Of a DNA stretch of 64,000 nt, positions 29,288 through 39,138 are shown one piece after another. Positions within the stretch are counted from its first letter, which is position 1, and each line of letters starts with the position of its first letter. The notes under the pieces were generated by a model. The model was not told the origin of the DNA, ran no database searches, and was given only the letters and a program-made list of their open reading frames with translations. The position numbers and the translations under genes were made by a program. The stretch is from a virus (lineage: Duplodnaviria; Caudoviricetes): positions 12,351-76,350 of the IMG/VR virus record IMGVR_UViG_2974668079_000001; one strand, written 5' to 3'.

Positions 29288-30800
29288 TGACTGGCGCTGG
29301 TTAAAAGACCTAGATGACGATACCGTTATCTACAATGAATTAGTAAACATGCCTGTACGTCCGCAGTTTGAGTACAGACCTTACATGTGTCAATTAGTCT
29401 GCCACTGGATAGGAATCTGCCGAGATTCCTTCCTCTTCTTCCTGCCGTTGTCGGCAGGTAAGACCAAGTTGATACTGGACATCTACAACTACCGCCTGCG
29501 TGAAGATGGGGACTTGCGCGGGCTTGTTCTCGTTCCACGTGTTGCGAACATAAAGACGTGGTTGGATCAGGTGGAGGAGCATACACCTCATCTGCACGCT
29601 ATCCCTATTCTGGGTAGCACTGAGGAGAAGCGTCGAGCACTATTCTCAGAAGCGGACTTGTACATCGCCTGCTACACAGACCTACAGTTCTTAATGGCAG
29701 ATTTGCAGCAAGTGTCAGGTAAGAAGAAGCAGAAGCGTAAGCCTAACGAGCGAATGTGCCGTGAGGTTCAGAAGCGCATAAACTTCGTGGCTTGTGATGA
29801 GATCCATAAAGCGGGCAACCACGAGTCCCTGATCTACAGACTGCTTAAGCGTCTTACTAAGACTGCGCGATACCGCTACGGTATAACCGCTACACCGTTC
29901 AGCCGTAAGGTGGAAAGGCTGTGGGCGATCTTCAACTTGATAGACCACGGCGAGACCTTCGGATCAACCCTAACTCAGTTCCGTGAGGTGTTTTTTACTA
30001 AGAAGAGAAACGTATGGTCCGGGTTCTTCGAGCACAAGTTTGACGACAGCATGAAGAGCGAGTTACACCGCTTGATGCAGAACCGCTCGATACGCTACGA
30101 GAACCACGAGGTTAAAGAACTTCCTCCGAAGGTTCCACGTGTTGAAGAGTTGTCAATGAGTCCTAAGCAGCTGGAGATGTACCGCGATGCTCGTAAGGGT
30201 CTGGTCGATTGTGGTAGTGGCGCTAAGGAAGAGTTAGAAGCCGCGTACATACGCTCACGTCAGGCTCTTTCTGGCTACGTCGAGTGGAAGGACGAGAACC
30301 GTAAAACACAGGGCATCTACCTCGATAGCGACGCTAAGCTGGAATGGCTGCAATCCTTCTTGGAGGACACGGAAGAGAAGTTTGTGATCTTCTACAAGTA
30401 CACGAGTAGTGCTAAGCGCATTACTAAGATGCTCAAGAAGGAGAAGTGCAAACACTCTTGGATCTGGTCCGGGTGCAAGAACGCAGTTAAAGCCTATGAT
30501 GACTTCCGCAAAAAGGACGACATCCAAGGCATGGTGATCAACCTCGCCTCCGGGGACGCGGGACTACAGTTCGAAATGGCTCGATACTGTATCTTCTACG
30601 AATCACCAGAAGACCCGGTAACACGTGAGCAGGCGGAAGGTCGTGTAGCCCGTGACGGACCAACAGCTACCGACAGCACGTACGTCATTGACCTTGTTAC
30701 TAAGAAGTCGTTCGAGGGTAAATTACTAAAATCTCTGGAAGAAGGTATCAACTTCCAAGAGGAGGTACTATCCGGGCGTATACAGGACTGGGAGGATTAG
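29250..30800 (+). CDS. SNF2/SF2 DNA helicase
   Basis: LSAGKT, CDEIH, ITATP and EQAEGRVAR motifs; start at AGGAG-preceded ATG 29250. Confidence 0.85.
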   Translation: MPTVRDFLNRRLDDWRWLKDLDDDTVIYNELVNMPVRPQFEYRPYMCQLVCHWIGICRDSFLFFLPLSAGKTKLILDIYNYRLREDGDLRGLVLVPRVANIKTWLDQVEEHTPHLHAIPILGSTEEKRRALFSEADLYIACYTDLQFLMADLQQVSGKKKQKRKPNERMCREVQKRINFVACDEIHKAGNHESLIYRLLKRLTKTARYRYGITATPFSRKVERLWAIFNLIDHGETFGSTLTQFREVFFTKKRNVWSGFFEHKFDDSMKSELHRLMQNRSIRYENHEVKELPPKVPRVEELSMSPKQLEMYRDARKGLVDCGSGAKEELEAAYIRSRQALSGYVEWKDENRKTQGIYLDSDAKLEWLQSFLEDTEEKFVIFYKYTSSAKRITKMLKKEKCKHSWIWSGCKNAVKAYDDFRKKDDIQGMVINLASGDAGLQFEMARYCIFYESPEDPVTREQAEGRVARDGPTATDSTYVIDLVTKKSFEGKLLKSLEEGINFQEEVLSGRIQDWED

Positions 30801-31418
30801 ATGGTAATGCTTCGTAAGCGGGTTGTTCACGAGCGTACGAAGGGTGGCAGGCTCCGGGCTAAGATAGTTCGTGAGCCTGTTACGCATAGTAAACCGCAAC
30901 CGCGAAAACGCAAGAAACGAAACCTAAAGGACTCGGAGCATAGCCAGCTCTGCTTGTTAGCCAAGAAGTGGATTCTTAAGAACGGGTTTGGGGTAGCGAT
31001 TGATGACCGGATGAAAGCAGCCTGCGATACCGGGGAGCAGCCCGACGCTATGGGGTGGAATGCTTCCGTTAGCATCGTGATCGAGGTTAAAACATCTCGG
31101 TCTGATTTCCTCGCAGACAAGAACAAGAAGTTCAGAGCAAACCCAAGGCTTGGTATGGGAGACTGGAGATTCTATCTGTGTCCAAAGGGTCTGATTAGTA
31201 AAGATGAGGTCCCCGAAGGATGGGGGCTCCTGTACTACCACGAAGGCAAGATCCGCCGGGTGCATGGCGGTCCTAAATCCAACGGGTGGTCGTTCGACGG
31301 TATCCCCTTTGTAGGCAACAAAGACTGCGAGATGTCGTACATGTATAGCGCACTTAGACGTATGGTTGTGCGTGGACACTTAGAGTCGATGTACTCAATG
31401 GATGGTATTAAGAAATGA
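30801..31418 (+). CDS. PD-(D/E)XK nuclease-like protein (MmcB-like)
   Basis: EQPDAMG..IEVKTSRSDFLAD..GDWRFYLCP..WGLL. Confidence 0.6.
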   Translation: MVMLRKRVVHERTKGGRLRAKIVREPVTHSKPQPRKRKKRNLKDSEHSQLCLLAKKWILKNGFGVAIDDRMKAACDTGEQPDAMGWNASVSIVIEVKTSRSDFLADKNKKFRANPRLGMGDWRFYLCPKGLISKDEVPEGWGLLYYHEGKIRRVHGGPKSNGWSFDGIPFVGNKDCEMSYMYSALRRMVVRGHLESMYSMDGIKK

Positions 31419-32470
31419 GTATTTTCAAACGCAGAGGAACAGATGCTTGGATTGAGATCTTTCACAAGCACAGTATCACTTACGCGACAAAGCATAAGAA
31501 CTGTAAGCGCGGTAACATAGTAATAGACTGCCCTTTCTGTGCAAACTCAGAAGGCAAGTTCCACATGGGTGTGGACAAACATGGTCGCTTCGGTTGCTGG
31601 AAGAACCAAGAGCACCGGGGGCACTCACCGCACAAGCTACTTGTCGCCTTACTAAAAATATCTCCAGCCGAAGCTACACGCCTAGTCGGTGCAGACGAAG
31701 GTCAGGTGGACGAGGACGAGTGGAACTCGCTGCTACGAGGTCTTAAGTCGTGGGAGGAAGAAGAAGGCTTATGGGACGACGAGGAAGAGGAAGAAGAGCC
31801 AGCTAAGGTGATCGGTATGAAGATGCCAAAGCAGTTCATCCCAATAACCCCGAACGGTCCGGCGACAGACTACTTCTACTACTTGATGGACCGTGGGTTC
31901 CCACGCAAGGACGTTCGCAAATTAGTAAAACACTTCAACCTACGCTGCTGTGATGTGTGGGATCGTGTTGCTGACAAGATATGGTACGAGCGCATCATCA
32001 CACCCGTGTACCTAGAAGGTGAGCTTATGTGTTGGGGTAGTCGTACTATTAACCCTGACGACGAGCTGCGTTATATGTCGCTGCCAGCGGACGAGAGTGT
32101 GATCCCGGTTAAAGAGCTGGTATACAACTATGACAACTGTATGGAGGGTGGTAAGATACTGCTCCTAGTAGAAGGTCAGGTGGACGTATGGAAACTAGAC
32201 TTCTATGGCAAGCAGCACGGGATACGCGCAGCTGGTCTTTTTAGTAAGTCTATTGTTCCTAGTCAGGTAGATTTAGTAAATGAGCTGAAGAAGCAGTACG
32301 ACCACACATTCCTACTGCTCGATGCCCACGAGGAAGCTTACGGGCTCTCATTATGTGATTTACTAAACGGGTACGGTAAGCGCGTTAAGACCATCATGTG
32401 GGATGGTAACGACGAAGACCCCGGAGCGGCTACTTTAAAAGAGCTAGAAACTTTTTTTAAAAATTACTAA
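31415..32470 (+). CDS. DNA primase (Zn finger plus TOPRIM)
   Basis: CPFC..FGCW Zn motif, LLVEGQVD, LLLDAHE, DEDPG. Confidence 0.85.
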   Translation: MSIFKRRGTDAWIEIFHKHSITYATKHKNCKRGNIVIDCPFCANSEGKFHMGVDKHGRFGCWKNQEHRGHSPHKLLVALLKISPAEATRLVGADEGQVDEDEWNSLLRGLKSWEEEEGLWDDEEEEEEPAKVIGMKMPKQFIPITPNGPATDYFYYLMDRGFPRKDVRKLVKHFNLRCCDVWDRVADKIWYERIITPVYLEGELMCWGSRTINPDDELRYMSLPADESVIPVKELVYNYDNCMEGGKILLLVEGQVDVWKLDFYGKQHGIRAAGLFSKSIVPSQVDLVNELKKQYDHTFLLLDAHEEAYGLSLCDLLNGYGKRVKTIMWDGNDEDPGAATLKELETFFKNY

Positions 32471-32477
32471 AAAAGAC

Positions 32478-32506
32478 TTTACTAAAACGAACGAGGGAAG
32501 TACTAT
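32478..32506 (+). promoter_or_regulatory. Sigma70-type promoter
   Basis: TTTACT-N17-TACTAT; the -35 element overlaps a TTACTAA site. Confidence 0.6.
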
Positions 32507-32536
32507 TACCTCGTCCTCAACGAAGAGGGGCAAGAA

Positions 32537-33052
32537 ATGAATGAATACCACGCGAAATTAGTAAAATCTGATTTCCAAGGCGTTCGAGAGATTTGCAAGG
32601 TTCCGCATCCGGGAATTGCAGGGCAGTTCTTTACGTACTTTGATTTTGACGATGAGAACTTGTTGGGCGTTCGCGGACCGCAGGGACCACAAATCTTCAA
32701 CCCATCTACTTCTCACACTCACATGGGTGACGTGCTGATTAAATGGATGGAAACAGGTGACGAAGAAGTTTTTACTAAACTTAAACAGTTAGAGCAAAAA
32801 CCTCGACGTCGAAAACGTTTAAAAGTTGTCGAAGAAGAGTCAAAAACAACTCGGAAGCGACGTATAGTTAAGACAGGTGATGATGATGTCAATCCAAACC
32901 AACGTAGACCACGCCCAAGACCGCCACACGAAACCTTCCGAGCAGACTTGGAAGCCAGTATTCCACGGCGAAATCGAAGGGTACGTAATGAACTGGGTTC
33001 GCAACAACCACTGGAAAGTAAACCAGCAGCTTCCAGACGTCGAAGACGTTAA
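32537..33052 (+). CDS. Hypothetical protein with a basic C-terminal half
   Basis: RBS and promoter upstream; the 3' 176 nt overlap the next gene. Confidence 0.6.
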   Translation: MNEYHAKLVKSDFQGVREICKVPHPGIAGQFFTYFDFDDENLLGVRGPQGPQIFNPSTSHTHMGDVLIKWMETGDEEVFTKLKQLEQKPRRRKRLKVVEEESKTTRKRRIVKTGDDDVNPNQRRPRPRPPHETFRADLEASIPRRNRRVRNELGSQQPLESKPAASRRRRR

Positions 33053-33503
33053 GCAAGAAGCGTACTGCATTTTCCTTTACGTTGCGGATAAATACCCGAA
33101 CATTGATAATCCACGTTGGTTTATGGATATGTTCAAGAGAACTTTCGGTTGTCGTATGATTGATTGTTCTCGTAAGCAGATTCGCCACAAAGAACACTTC
33201 GCGGAAACTGACGTATTGTTTAGCGAAGGAGAAGAAAGCCTATCTCTTACTGAAATGATGGTAGGCGATCTTGAAACCTCGGCTATTGCTGAAAAGCTAA
33301 TGGAAGAGGCTGACGGGGAAGTTAAGCAAGTGCTTCGTACACTTCTAAACATGCCAGCTGAAGTCTTTACTATGGTTGAAGAAGCATGGACAAGTCGCGG
33401 AAAGCGTAAGGTTATGGGCAATCAAATGCTTTGCGCCTTACTTGGTAAAGACCCAACCAAGACCGATCTAGTGAAAAAAGTTGAAGAACACTTTATCGGT
33501 TAA
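32877..33503 (+). CDS. Sigma-factor-like / transcriptional regulator
   Basis: DVEDVKQEAY..F...F..MF..RMIDCSRK resembles sigma70 region 2; AGGTGA RBS. Confidence 0.5.
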   Translation: MMMMSIQTNVDHAQDRHTKPSEQTWKPVFHGEIEGYVMNWVRNNHWKVNQQLPDVEDVKQEAYCIFLYVADKYPNIDNPRWFMDMFKRTFGCRMIDCSRKQIRHKEHFAETDVLFSEGEESLSLTEMMVGDLETSAIAEKLMEEADGEVKQVLRTLLNMPAEVFTMVEEAWTSRGKRKVMGNQMLCALLGKDPTKTDLVKKVEEHFIG

Positions 33504-33574
33504 CTAAAATTGTTCGTATAGACACTGTACATACGAAATTAACTCAGTTAACATTACTAAAGAAGGTAAAGACT

Positions 33575-34729
33575 ATGTCATTGACTAAAGAAATCCTACA
33601 AGAACTTATCGAAGCGACTAACACTCCACGTGCTAAGCGTGACTCGCACGAGAAGCACTTGCAGAAAATCATCAAGGCAGTTGGCGCTCTGGACGACGAC
33701 CAATGGGACGCTCTTTCGGACGAAGCTGCTGAGTGGTACAATGACGCGGTTAACGCAATCAACGATGGTCAAGACATTCCGGGTTCTGATAAAGACCCAA
33801 TGGAAGAGACCGAAGAAAAACCAGCGCGTTCACGCCGTGGACGTAACACAGAAACTGACGAAACGGAAAACAAACCAATGAAAAAAGTTCTAGTAGCAAT
33901 CGCACTTGCAGAAGTAGTTAAAGGCATCACAGTAACAGTAGTTTGCGGTGACGATACTTTTGAAGGCGAAGTAATCGACGTTACTAAAAAAGGTCGCGGC
34001 AAAGCAGCTAAAGTTGAAGAGTTCACTCTGAAGACTGCGGACGGCGAAGAAGTGTTCGGCGCTGAAGATCTAATCTTCGACGAAGGTGACAAGATCGAAC
34101 GTCACGACGAAGTAGCTGAAGAAGAGAAAAAGCCTGCTCGTTCTCGTCGCGGTGCTAAGAAAGACGAGCCAGAAGCTGAAGAAAAACCAGCTGGTCGCGG
34201 TTCTCGTCGCGGTGCTAAGAAAGAAGAGCCGAAAGCGGAGCCAGTAGAAGTTGAAACCGAGATCGCGTTCAACGACATCGCTAAAGACGACAAGCTGAAG
34301 CTTCAAGTCGAAGACGACGCTTTCGAAGGTACTGTTAAAGCGGTTAAGAAAACTGGTCGCGGCAAGAACGCTAAAGTAGCTGAGTTCACTTTAGTAACAG
34401 CAGACGGTGAAGAAGTTTTCGAAGCGGACCACATTGTGGTTGAAGAAGGCGATAAGATCATCCGTATCACTATGGAAGAGCAAGCGCCAGCTAAAGAAGA
34501 AAAAGCAGCGGGTGGTCGTCGTGGTCGCGGTGCTAAATCTGGTAGCGCACCTTCAGCAGCTCACCAAGTTCGCCAGCTTATCTGTGAGAACCTAGACTCA
34601 GACAAGAAAGCGATTGAAGAGCTAATGGCTGAAAAAGGCATCGACATGAAACCGTCAACGTTCGATGTACTTTACAGCGAAGCGCACAGCCTAGTAGCAG
34701 TAATGCGTGAACTAGACATGCTAGCGTAA
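33575..34729 (+). CDS. Highly charged protein with an internally duplicated about 60-aa domain
   Basis: Two copies of FEG.V..V.K.GRGK.AKV.EFTL.TADGEEVF..GDKI; RSRRG linkers; strongly biased codons. Confidence 0.8.
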   Translation: MSLTKEILQELIEATNTPRAKRDSHEKHLQKIIKAVGALDDDQWDALSDEAAEWYNDAVNAINDGQDIPGSDKDPMEETEEKPARSRRGRNTETDETENKPMKKVLVAIALAEVVKGITVTVVCGDDTFEGEVIDVTKKGRGKAAKVEEFTLKTADGEEVFGAEDLIFDEGDKIERHDEVAEEEKKPARSRRGAKKDEPEAEEKPAGRGSRRGAKKEEPKAEPVEVETEIAFNDIAKDDKLKLQVEDDAFEGTVKAVKKTGRGKNAKVAEFTLVTADGEEVFEADHIVVEEGDKIIRITMEEQAPAKEEKAAGGRRGRGAKSGSAPSAAHQVRQLICENLDSDKKAIEELMAEKGIDMKPSTFDVLYSEAHSLVAVMRELDMLA

Positions 34730-34757
34730 TTCGGTACAGTGTAGCCGGATAGAGATT

Positions 34758-34781
34758 GGGGAGCTTCGGCTCCCCTTTTTC
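34758..34781 (+). terminator. Rho-independent terminator
   Basis: GGGGAGC-TTCG-GCTCCCC followed by a T-run. Confidence 0.85.
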
Positions 34782-34807
34782 GTATTAGTAAGACGAGGTT
34801 TAGTAAA

Positions 34808-35209
34808 ATGGAACAAGAGAAATTCATAGACCTTCCAGAGCTGCGTATGCTGGCAAAGTCGAAAGCACAACACACGCTACACAGAGGTTTAACTTTAGTA
34901 AACCATAAAGGGCATACAGCCCACGTATTCGGGTTCACTACGCTGGACCTACTAGCAGCTTCAATCTTCGCACAAGAAGCCAACCTGCTCTTAGCATCCC
35001 AGCCATACAGGACTACCAACGACCATATCCTGTTCTTTACACCAACAAGCCGCCTAGAGCTCGCGGACATAATCGTTGGGTTCAAGTACGACGACAACAA
35101 TAACCCCAGCAACGTCCGACAGCAGTATTCGGTCCTCAATATGGATGTTTGCCCGACAATGGTCCAGCTGACACCTCCGGGAACAGACTGGAAGCCTTGC
35201 TGGGAATAG
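34808..35209 (+). CDS. Hypothetical protein
   Basis: 133-aa ORF between a terminator and a promoter. Confidence 0.6.
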   Translation: MEQEKFIDLPELRMLAKSKAQHTLHRGLTLVNHKGHTAHVFGFTTLDLLAASIFAQEANLLLASQPYRTTNDHILFFTPTSRLELADIIVGFKYDDNNNPSNVRQQYSVLNMDVCPTMVQLTPPGTDWKPCWE

Positions 35210-35212
35210 GGC

Positions 35213-35241
35213 TTGCACTACGGACCAAGACTTAGTATAGT
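35213..35241 (+). promoter_or_regulatory. Sigma70-type promoter
   Basis: TTGCAC-N17-TATAGT. Confidence 0.65.
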
Positions 35242-35245
35242 TACT

Positions 35246-35330
35246 TCCGGCAATGTTAATCTCATCCGTTGGATCTTGTAACGTCTTGGCTTGTTACACT
35301 AGGGAGGCTATTATAGTCTCCCTTTCTTTT
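35246..35330 (+). ncRNA. Candidate small RNA or attenuator leader
   Basis: About 85 nt between the promoter and the GGGAGGCT..AGTCTCCC-T terminator; internal TGTAAC..GTTACA hairpin. Confidence 0.35.
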
Positions 35331-35371
35331 GTCTGCCGTATAGGTTCGGACAACCAACCAAGGAGAATAAC

Positions 35372-36433
35372 ATGGCTACACTAGAGAAAGCCCAACTACA
35401 GCGCGTATTGAACTTCATCAAGCCTGCGCTATCCCCTCATGATTTCGTTCCGGTACTATCACACTTCTGTTTTACGGAAGAAGGTGACGTGTACGCTTAC
35501 AACGACCTAGTAGGCGTTACTGTACGTGAGCACGACTTCGGGATCGTGGGTGCTCTTCCCGGTAAGGATTTACTAAAAGTAATAGGCTCCTTTGGCAAGG
35601 CTGAAGTTAGTATCGCAGAGATTGACGACGGTGCTGGGGTGCTTATTAAATCTGGGCGTTCAAAGACTAAATTAGTAATGCTACCGGACGATGACTTCGT
35701 TTACGAGCCCGTTACTAACACAGACCAGAAACCTCGTGTAGAGTTTGAACTGGACGAAGAGTTCTTAACTGCATTCAAGAAGTGTATCTCTGGTATCGGT
35801 GATGACCCTACCAGCCCTGCACAGATGGGTATCACGATCACGGACAGTTTCTTGTTCTCTACAGACAACGTCACAATCACCGCGTACGAGCTTCCAGACC
35901 CAATTGAGGGGATTGGTCAAGTGATACTGCCAAAACCGTTCTGTGAGCTTGTGGTAGAGCTTTCTAAGTACAATAAGTCGGAGATTATCACTATGTCGTT
36001 CTACGACGACAACGTGACGGCTATTCTGGAGGATGAGTCGGTAGAAATTACTACACGCATCCTAGAAGACGACGAGCCGTTCGACTTTGAAGCAGTACTC
36101 GATCCGTTCCTAGAAGATACCGACGCTTTAGTAAAAATACCGAACGAGTTTAAAGACATGTTCGCACGCGCTGAAGCGGTCCTAGGAAAAGGCGACGAAG
36201 CCATACTAGACATCGCAGTAGAAGGGGACGTTCTGTTTATCTCGGCTAAGTCCGGTAAGATGGAGCTCGACGATGAGTGCGACTTTGACTCCGACGACGT
36301 TAAGTTCTACGCAGATGCAGGCATGATTGCCCGTGCTTGCCAATTTACAACACACGCAGCCCTGCTCCCAGCAGCAATGTTCTTCAGCGACGGAGGGGCG
36401 TTCTACCACCTAATCAGCCACTGTGAGGAATAA
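35372..36433 (+). CDS. dnaN: DNA polymerase sliding clamp (beta subunit-like)
   Basis: About 350 aa, acidic; PVLSHFCF..YAYND, FSTDN and ILPKPF patterns of DnaN. Confidence 0.75.
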   Translation: MATLEKAQLQRVLNFIKPALSPHDFVPVLSHFCFTEEGDVYAYNDLVGVTVREHDFGIVGALPGKDLLKVIGSFGKAEVSIAEIDDGAGVLIKSGRSKTKLVMLPDDDFVYEPVTNTDQKPRVEFELDEEFLTAFKKCISGIGDDPTSPAQMGITITDSFLFSTDNVTITAYELPDPIEGIGQVILPKPFCELVVELSKYNKSEIITMSFYDDNVTAILEDESVEITTRILEDDEPFDFEAVLDPFLEDTDALVKIPNEFKDMFARAEAVLGKGDEAILDIAVEGDVLFISAKSGKMELDDECDFDSDDVKFYADAGMIARACQFTTHAALLPAAMFFSDGGAFYHLISHCEE

Positions 36434-36435
36434 CG

Positions 36436-39090
36436 ATGGGATTCTTTCATACTAAGGGAGCCAAAGGCGGCTCCCGACGTTTAACTGGTAAGCAGCAGGC
36501 ATTCGAGCAGCAGAAGCATTTACTAAAATCAGTGGGTGCTAAGAAATTCGAAGGCGTAGGCGTGCAGCCTGCCGGGTCTGATAATCCGTTTGTGTACATC
36601 CTAGGGCTTACACCAACGCCTAACCAACTGCGCAGAAACGACCTTACTAAAGGTGAGACCGCACAGGTTATGCGTAAGTACTTTGGTCGTGACTTCTACT
36701 ACAACGACTGCCGTCACGGAGCTGTAGTACGCGAGACGTTTGCTGAGCTGGACGAAGTGATCGACGACGTGGTGATAGAGCAGTGGCGTGGTATTACCGA
36801 GCAGGACATCGAAGAGACTAAGCCAGCGGTAGTTGTCGCTCTGGGTGCTGGAGCTTTACGCTTCTTCACTGGCAGTGCTGACATCCACGGTATGCACGGC
36901 AGAATGCTACCCCACAAAGTGGGTAATCACACGTTCTGGCTACTCCCGGTGTTTGACCCACGTTGGGTTATTAGTAAAGACCACGACTTCTTCGTGAACG
37001 AGTACGAGATCTGCGTTAAGACGCAGGTCAGTCGCTTGATGGACCTGATCGAAACCGGGAGCCTACCGGAGCCTGTTGTTTACGACAGTAACTACGACGA
37101 TGGTATCGAGATCATCATGGGTGAGGGCGTGGCAGATGTACATCGCGTAGAAGATGTACTGCATGACATGCTCAAAGAGCCGTTGGTATCGGTGGACTAC
37201 GAGACGCAAAACCTGCGCCCGTACCTAGAAGACTCACGCTTACTAACTACCGCCGTGGGAACGTTTGACCGTACCGTGGCGTTCCCGGTAGACCACCCTA
37301 GGGCTTGGAACAATAAGACTCGCCGTCAGGTGGTCGGTCTGTGGGGTGAGTACTTGTGTCAGGCTCCTCGCGCTATCGTTTACAACGCTACGATGGAGCA
37401 AGAGTGGACAGCTCACTACTACGGTTTTAGTAATCTGCGTAAAACCCAGTGGGAAGACCTAATGGCAGCAGCCTACTGTCTGGACTCACGTAAGGGGCAT
37501 TTATCGTTAGATGACTTCATCAAGTACAACTGTGGCTTCGACCTCAAGAAGCTGTCAGGCAAGATGAATAAAGCTAACATGGTGAATGAGAAACTTGACC
37601 GCGTGCTTATGTACAACGGACGAGACGTTAAGTGGACCTTCAAGGGATTCGAGATCGCCCAGCAGCGTTTAGAGCTGGAGGGAGAAGAACGTCCTTACCA
37701 TACTAAGGTTCGTAACTCTGCCGCTCTGACCGGGATGCAAATGCGTGGTATGCCACGTAACGAGGAGGGATTGATTGAACTGCGAGACATCCTTACTAAA
37801 GACATCGCGGATACCGAGCAGGAGCTGATCAAGACGCCGGAGGTTCGTAAGTTCGAGCGCATGAACGATATGGACTTTAACCCGTCGTCACCAGAGCATA
37901 ACGTCACGCTATTCCGCGACATCCTCAAGCGCAAGGAGGGTAAGAAGGAAGGTAAGGACAAGAAGGGCAACCAGAAGTACAGTACCGACGAAGCGGCGCT
38001 TAGTGCCATGCCCGCCGATGAGTGTCCTTCAGCGCCTCTTATTCTGAAACTACGTGGTTTTACTAAACTTAAATCGACGTATGTTGACGGTCTTCTAACT
38101 CCGATCACAGAGTTCATCGGGGACGAGAAGAAGCGTAAGGGTTTGGTGTACCCGGATGGACTACTGCACCCGAATTACAACGGGATGTTCACAGCCACAG
38201 GGCGCTTATCTTCGGACGAGCCGAACGCGCAGAACTTCCCTAAGCGTAAGAACCGCCACATCCGTAAGCCAATAGCACCACCTCCGGGCTTCCGGGTAGT
38301 CTCACTCGACTTTGGTCAGATTGAGGCGCGTGTATTCGGTATGGCGTCACGAGACCCTAACTTCTGTAATGCACTGTGGAACAACCTAGATGTTCACTTT
38401 GACTGGGCTGTTAAAATTAGTAACGAGTATCCGGGGATTCTGGATCGAATCTACGACGAGTACTACGACAAGATCATCAAGATGGTCGATGGTGGTAAAT
38501 CAGAGTACGACTCGATCATTAAGTGTCTTCGTGGTGACGTTAAGAACCAGTGGGTGTTCCCGCAGTTCTTCGGAGCAGGCTTCAAGTCTTGTGCTCAGAG
38601 CCTACACATCCCGGACGAGAACGCAGAAAACCTACGAGCTATGTTCTGGGAAGAGTTTGCTGGGGTGCAGGAGTGGCAGAATGAAACGCTGGAGCGTGCT
38701 TACCGAGACGGGTACGTGAGAACTCTAAACGGGTTTAAGCGTTCCTTCCCTATGAGTAAGCAGGAGATCATCAACACACCGATACAAGGCACCGCAGCCG
38801 AGGTAGTACTGGAGGGTCTGTGCTTACTAAGTGAGGAATCCGCTCTGCTGGAAGACGTGTACATGCACCCTATCATGCAGATACACGATGACCTGACGTT
38901 CATCATGCCGGAGGATGGTATGGACGAGCGTATAATGCACGTAGCGGAGATCATGACGGGCGTGTACAAGACGTTTGACTTTGTAAACGTCCCATTGCTT
39001 ATCGAAGCCGAGGAAGGACCTAACTGGTGTGACCAAAAGGTTTACGGTGAGTACTCATCTACCCAGTTCGGGCATATCCGCGCTGACTAA
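36436..39090 (+). CDS. Family A DNA polymerase with N-terminal UDG-fold and 3'-5' exonuclease domains
   Basis: ExoI VDYET, ExoIII YNGRD, TGRLSSDEPNAQN, motif A LDFGQIEAR, motif C QIHDD; KPAVVVALGAGA UDG-fold segment. Confidence 0.92.
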   Translation: MGFFHTKGAKGGSRRLTGKQQAFEQQKHLLKSVGAKKFEGVGVQPAGSDNPFVYILGLTPTPNQLRRNDLTKGETAQVMRKYFGRDFYYNDCRHGAVVRETFAELDEVIDDVVIEQWRGITEQDIEETKPAVVVALGAGALRFFTGSADIHGMHGRMLPHKVGNHTFWLLPVFDPRWVISKDHDFFVNEYEICVKTQVSRLMDLIETGSLPEPVVYDSNYDDGIEIIMGEGVADVHRVEDVLHDMLKEPLVSVDYETQNLRPYLEDSRLLTTAVGTFDRTVAFPVDHPRAWNNKTRRQVVGLWGEYLCQAPRAIVYNATMEQEWTAHYYGFSNLRKTQWEDLMAAAYCLDSRKGHLSLDDFIKYNCGFDLKKLSGKMNKANMVNEKLDRVLMYNGRDVKWTFKGFEIAQQRLELEGEERPYHTKVRNSAALTGMQMRGMPRNEEGLIELRDILTKDIADTEQELIKTPEVRKFERMNDMDFNPSSPEHNVTLFRDILKRKEGKKEGKDKKGNQKYSTDEAALSAMPADECPSAPLILKLRGFTKLKSTYVDGLLTPITEFIGDEKKRKGLVYPDGLLHPNYNGMFTATGRLSSDEPNAQNFPKRKNRHIRKPIAPPPGFRVVSLDFGQIEARVFGMASRDPNFCNALWNNLDVHFDWAVKISNEYPGILDRIYDEYYDKIIKMVDGGKSEYDSIIKCLRGDVKNQWVFPQFFGAGFKSCAQSLHIPDENAENLRAMFWEEFAGVQEWQNETLERAYRDGYVRTLNGFKRSFPMSKQEIINTPIQGTAAEVVLEGLCLLSEESALLEDVYMHPIMQIHDDLTFIMPEDGMDERIMHVAEIMTGVYKTFDFVNVPLLIEAEEGPNWCDQKVYGEYSSTQFGHIRAD

Positions 39091-39138
39091 TCAAAGCCTC
39101 CCTAGGGAGGCTATTTTACTAATAGTAACGAGGTAACA

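Noticed and set aside
36436-39090. Intron or intein in the polymerase, terminase or helicases
   Set aside because: The ORFs are continuous, of expected size, and show no intein C...HN or LAGLIDADG motifs
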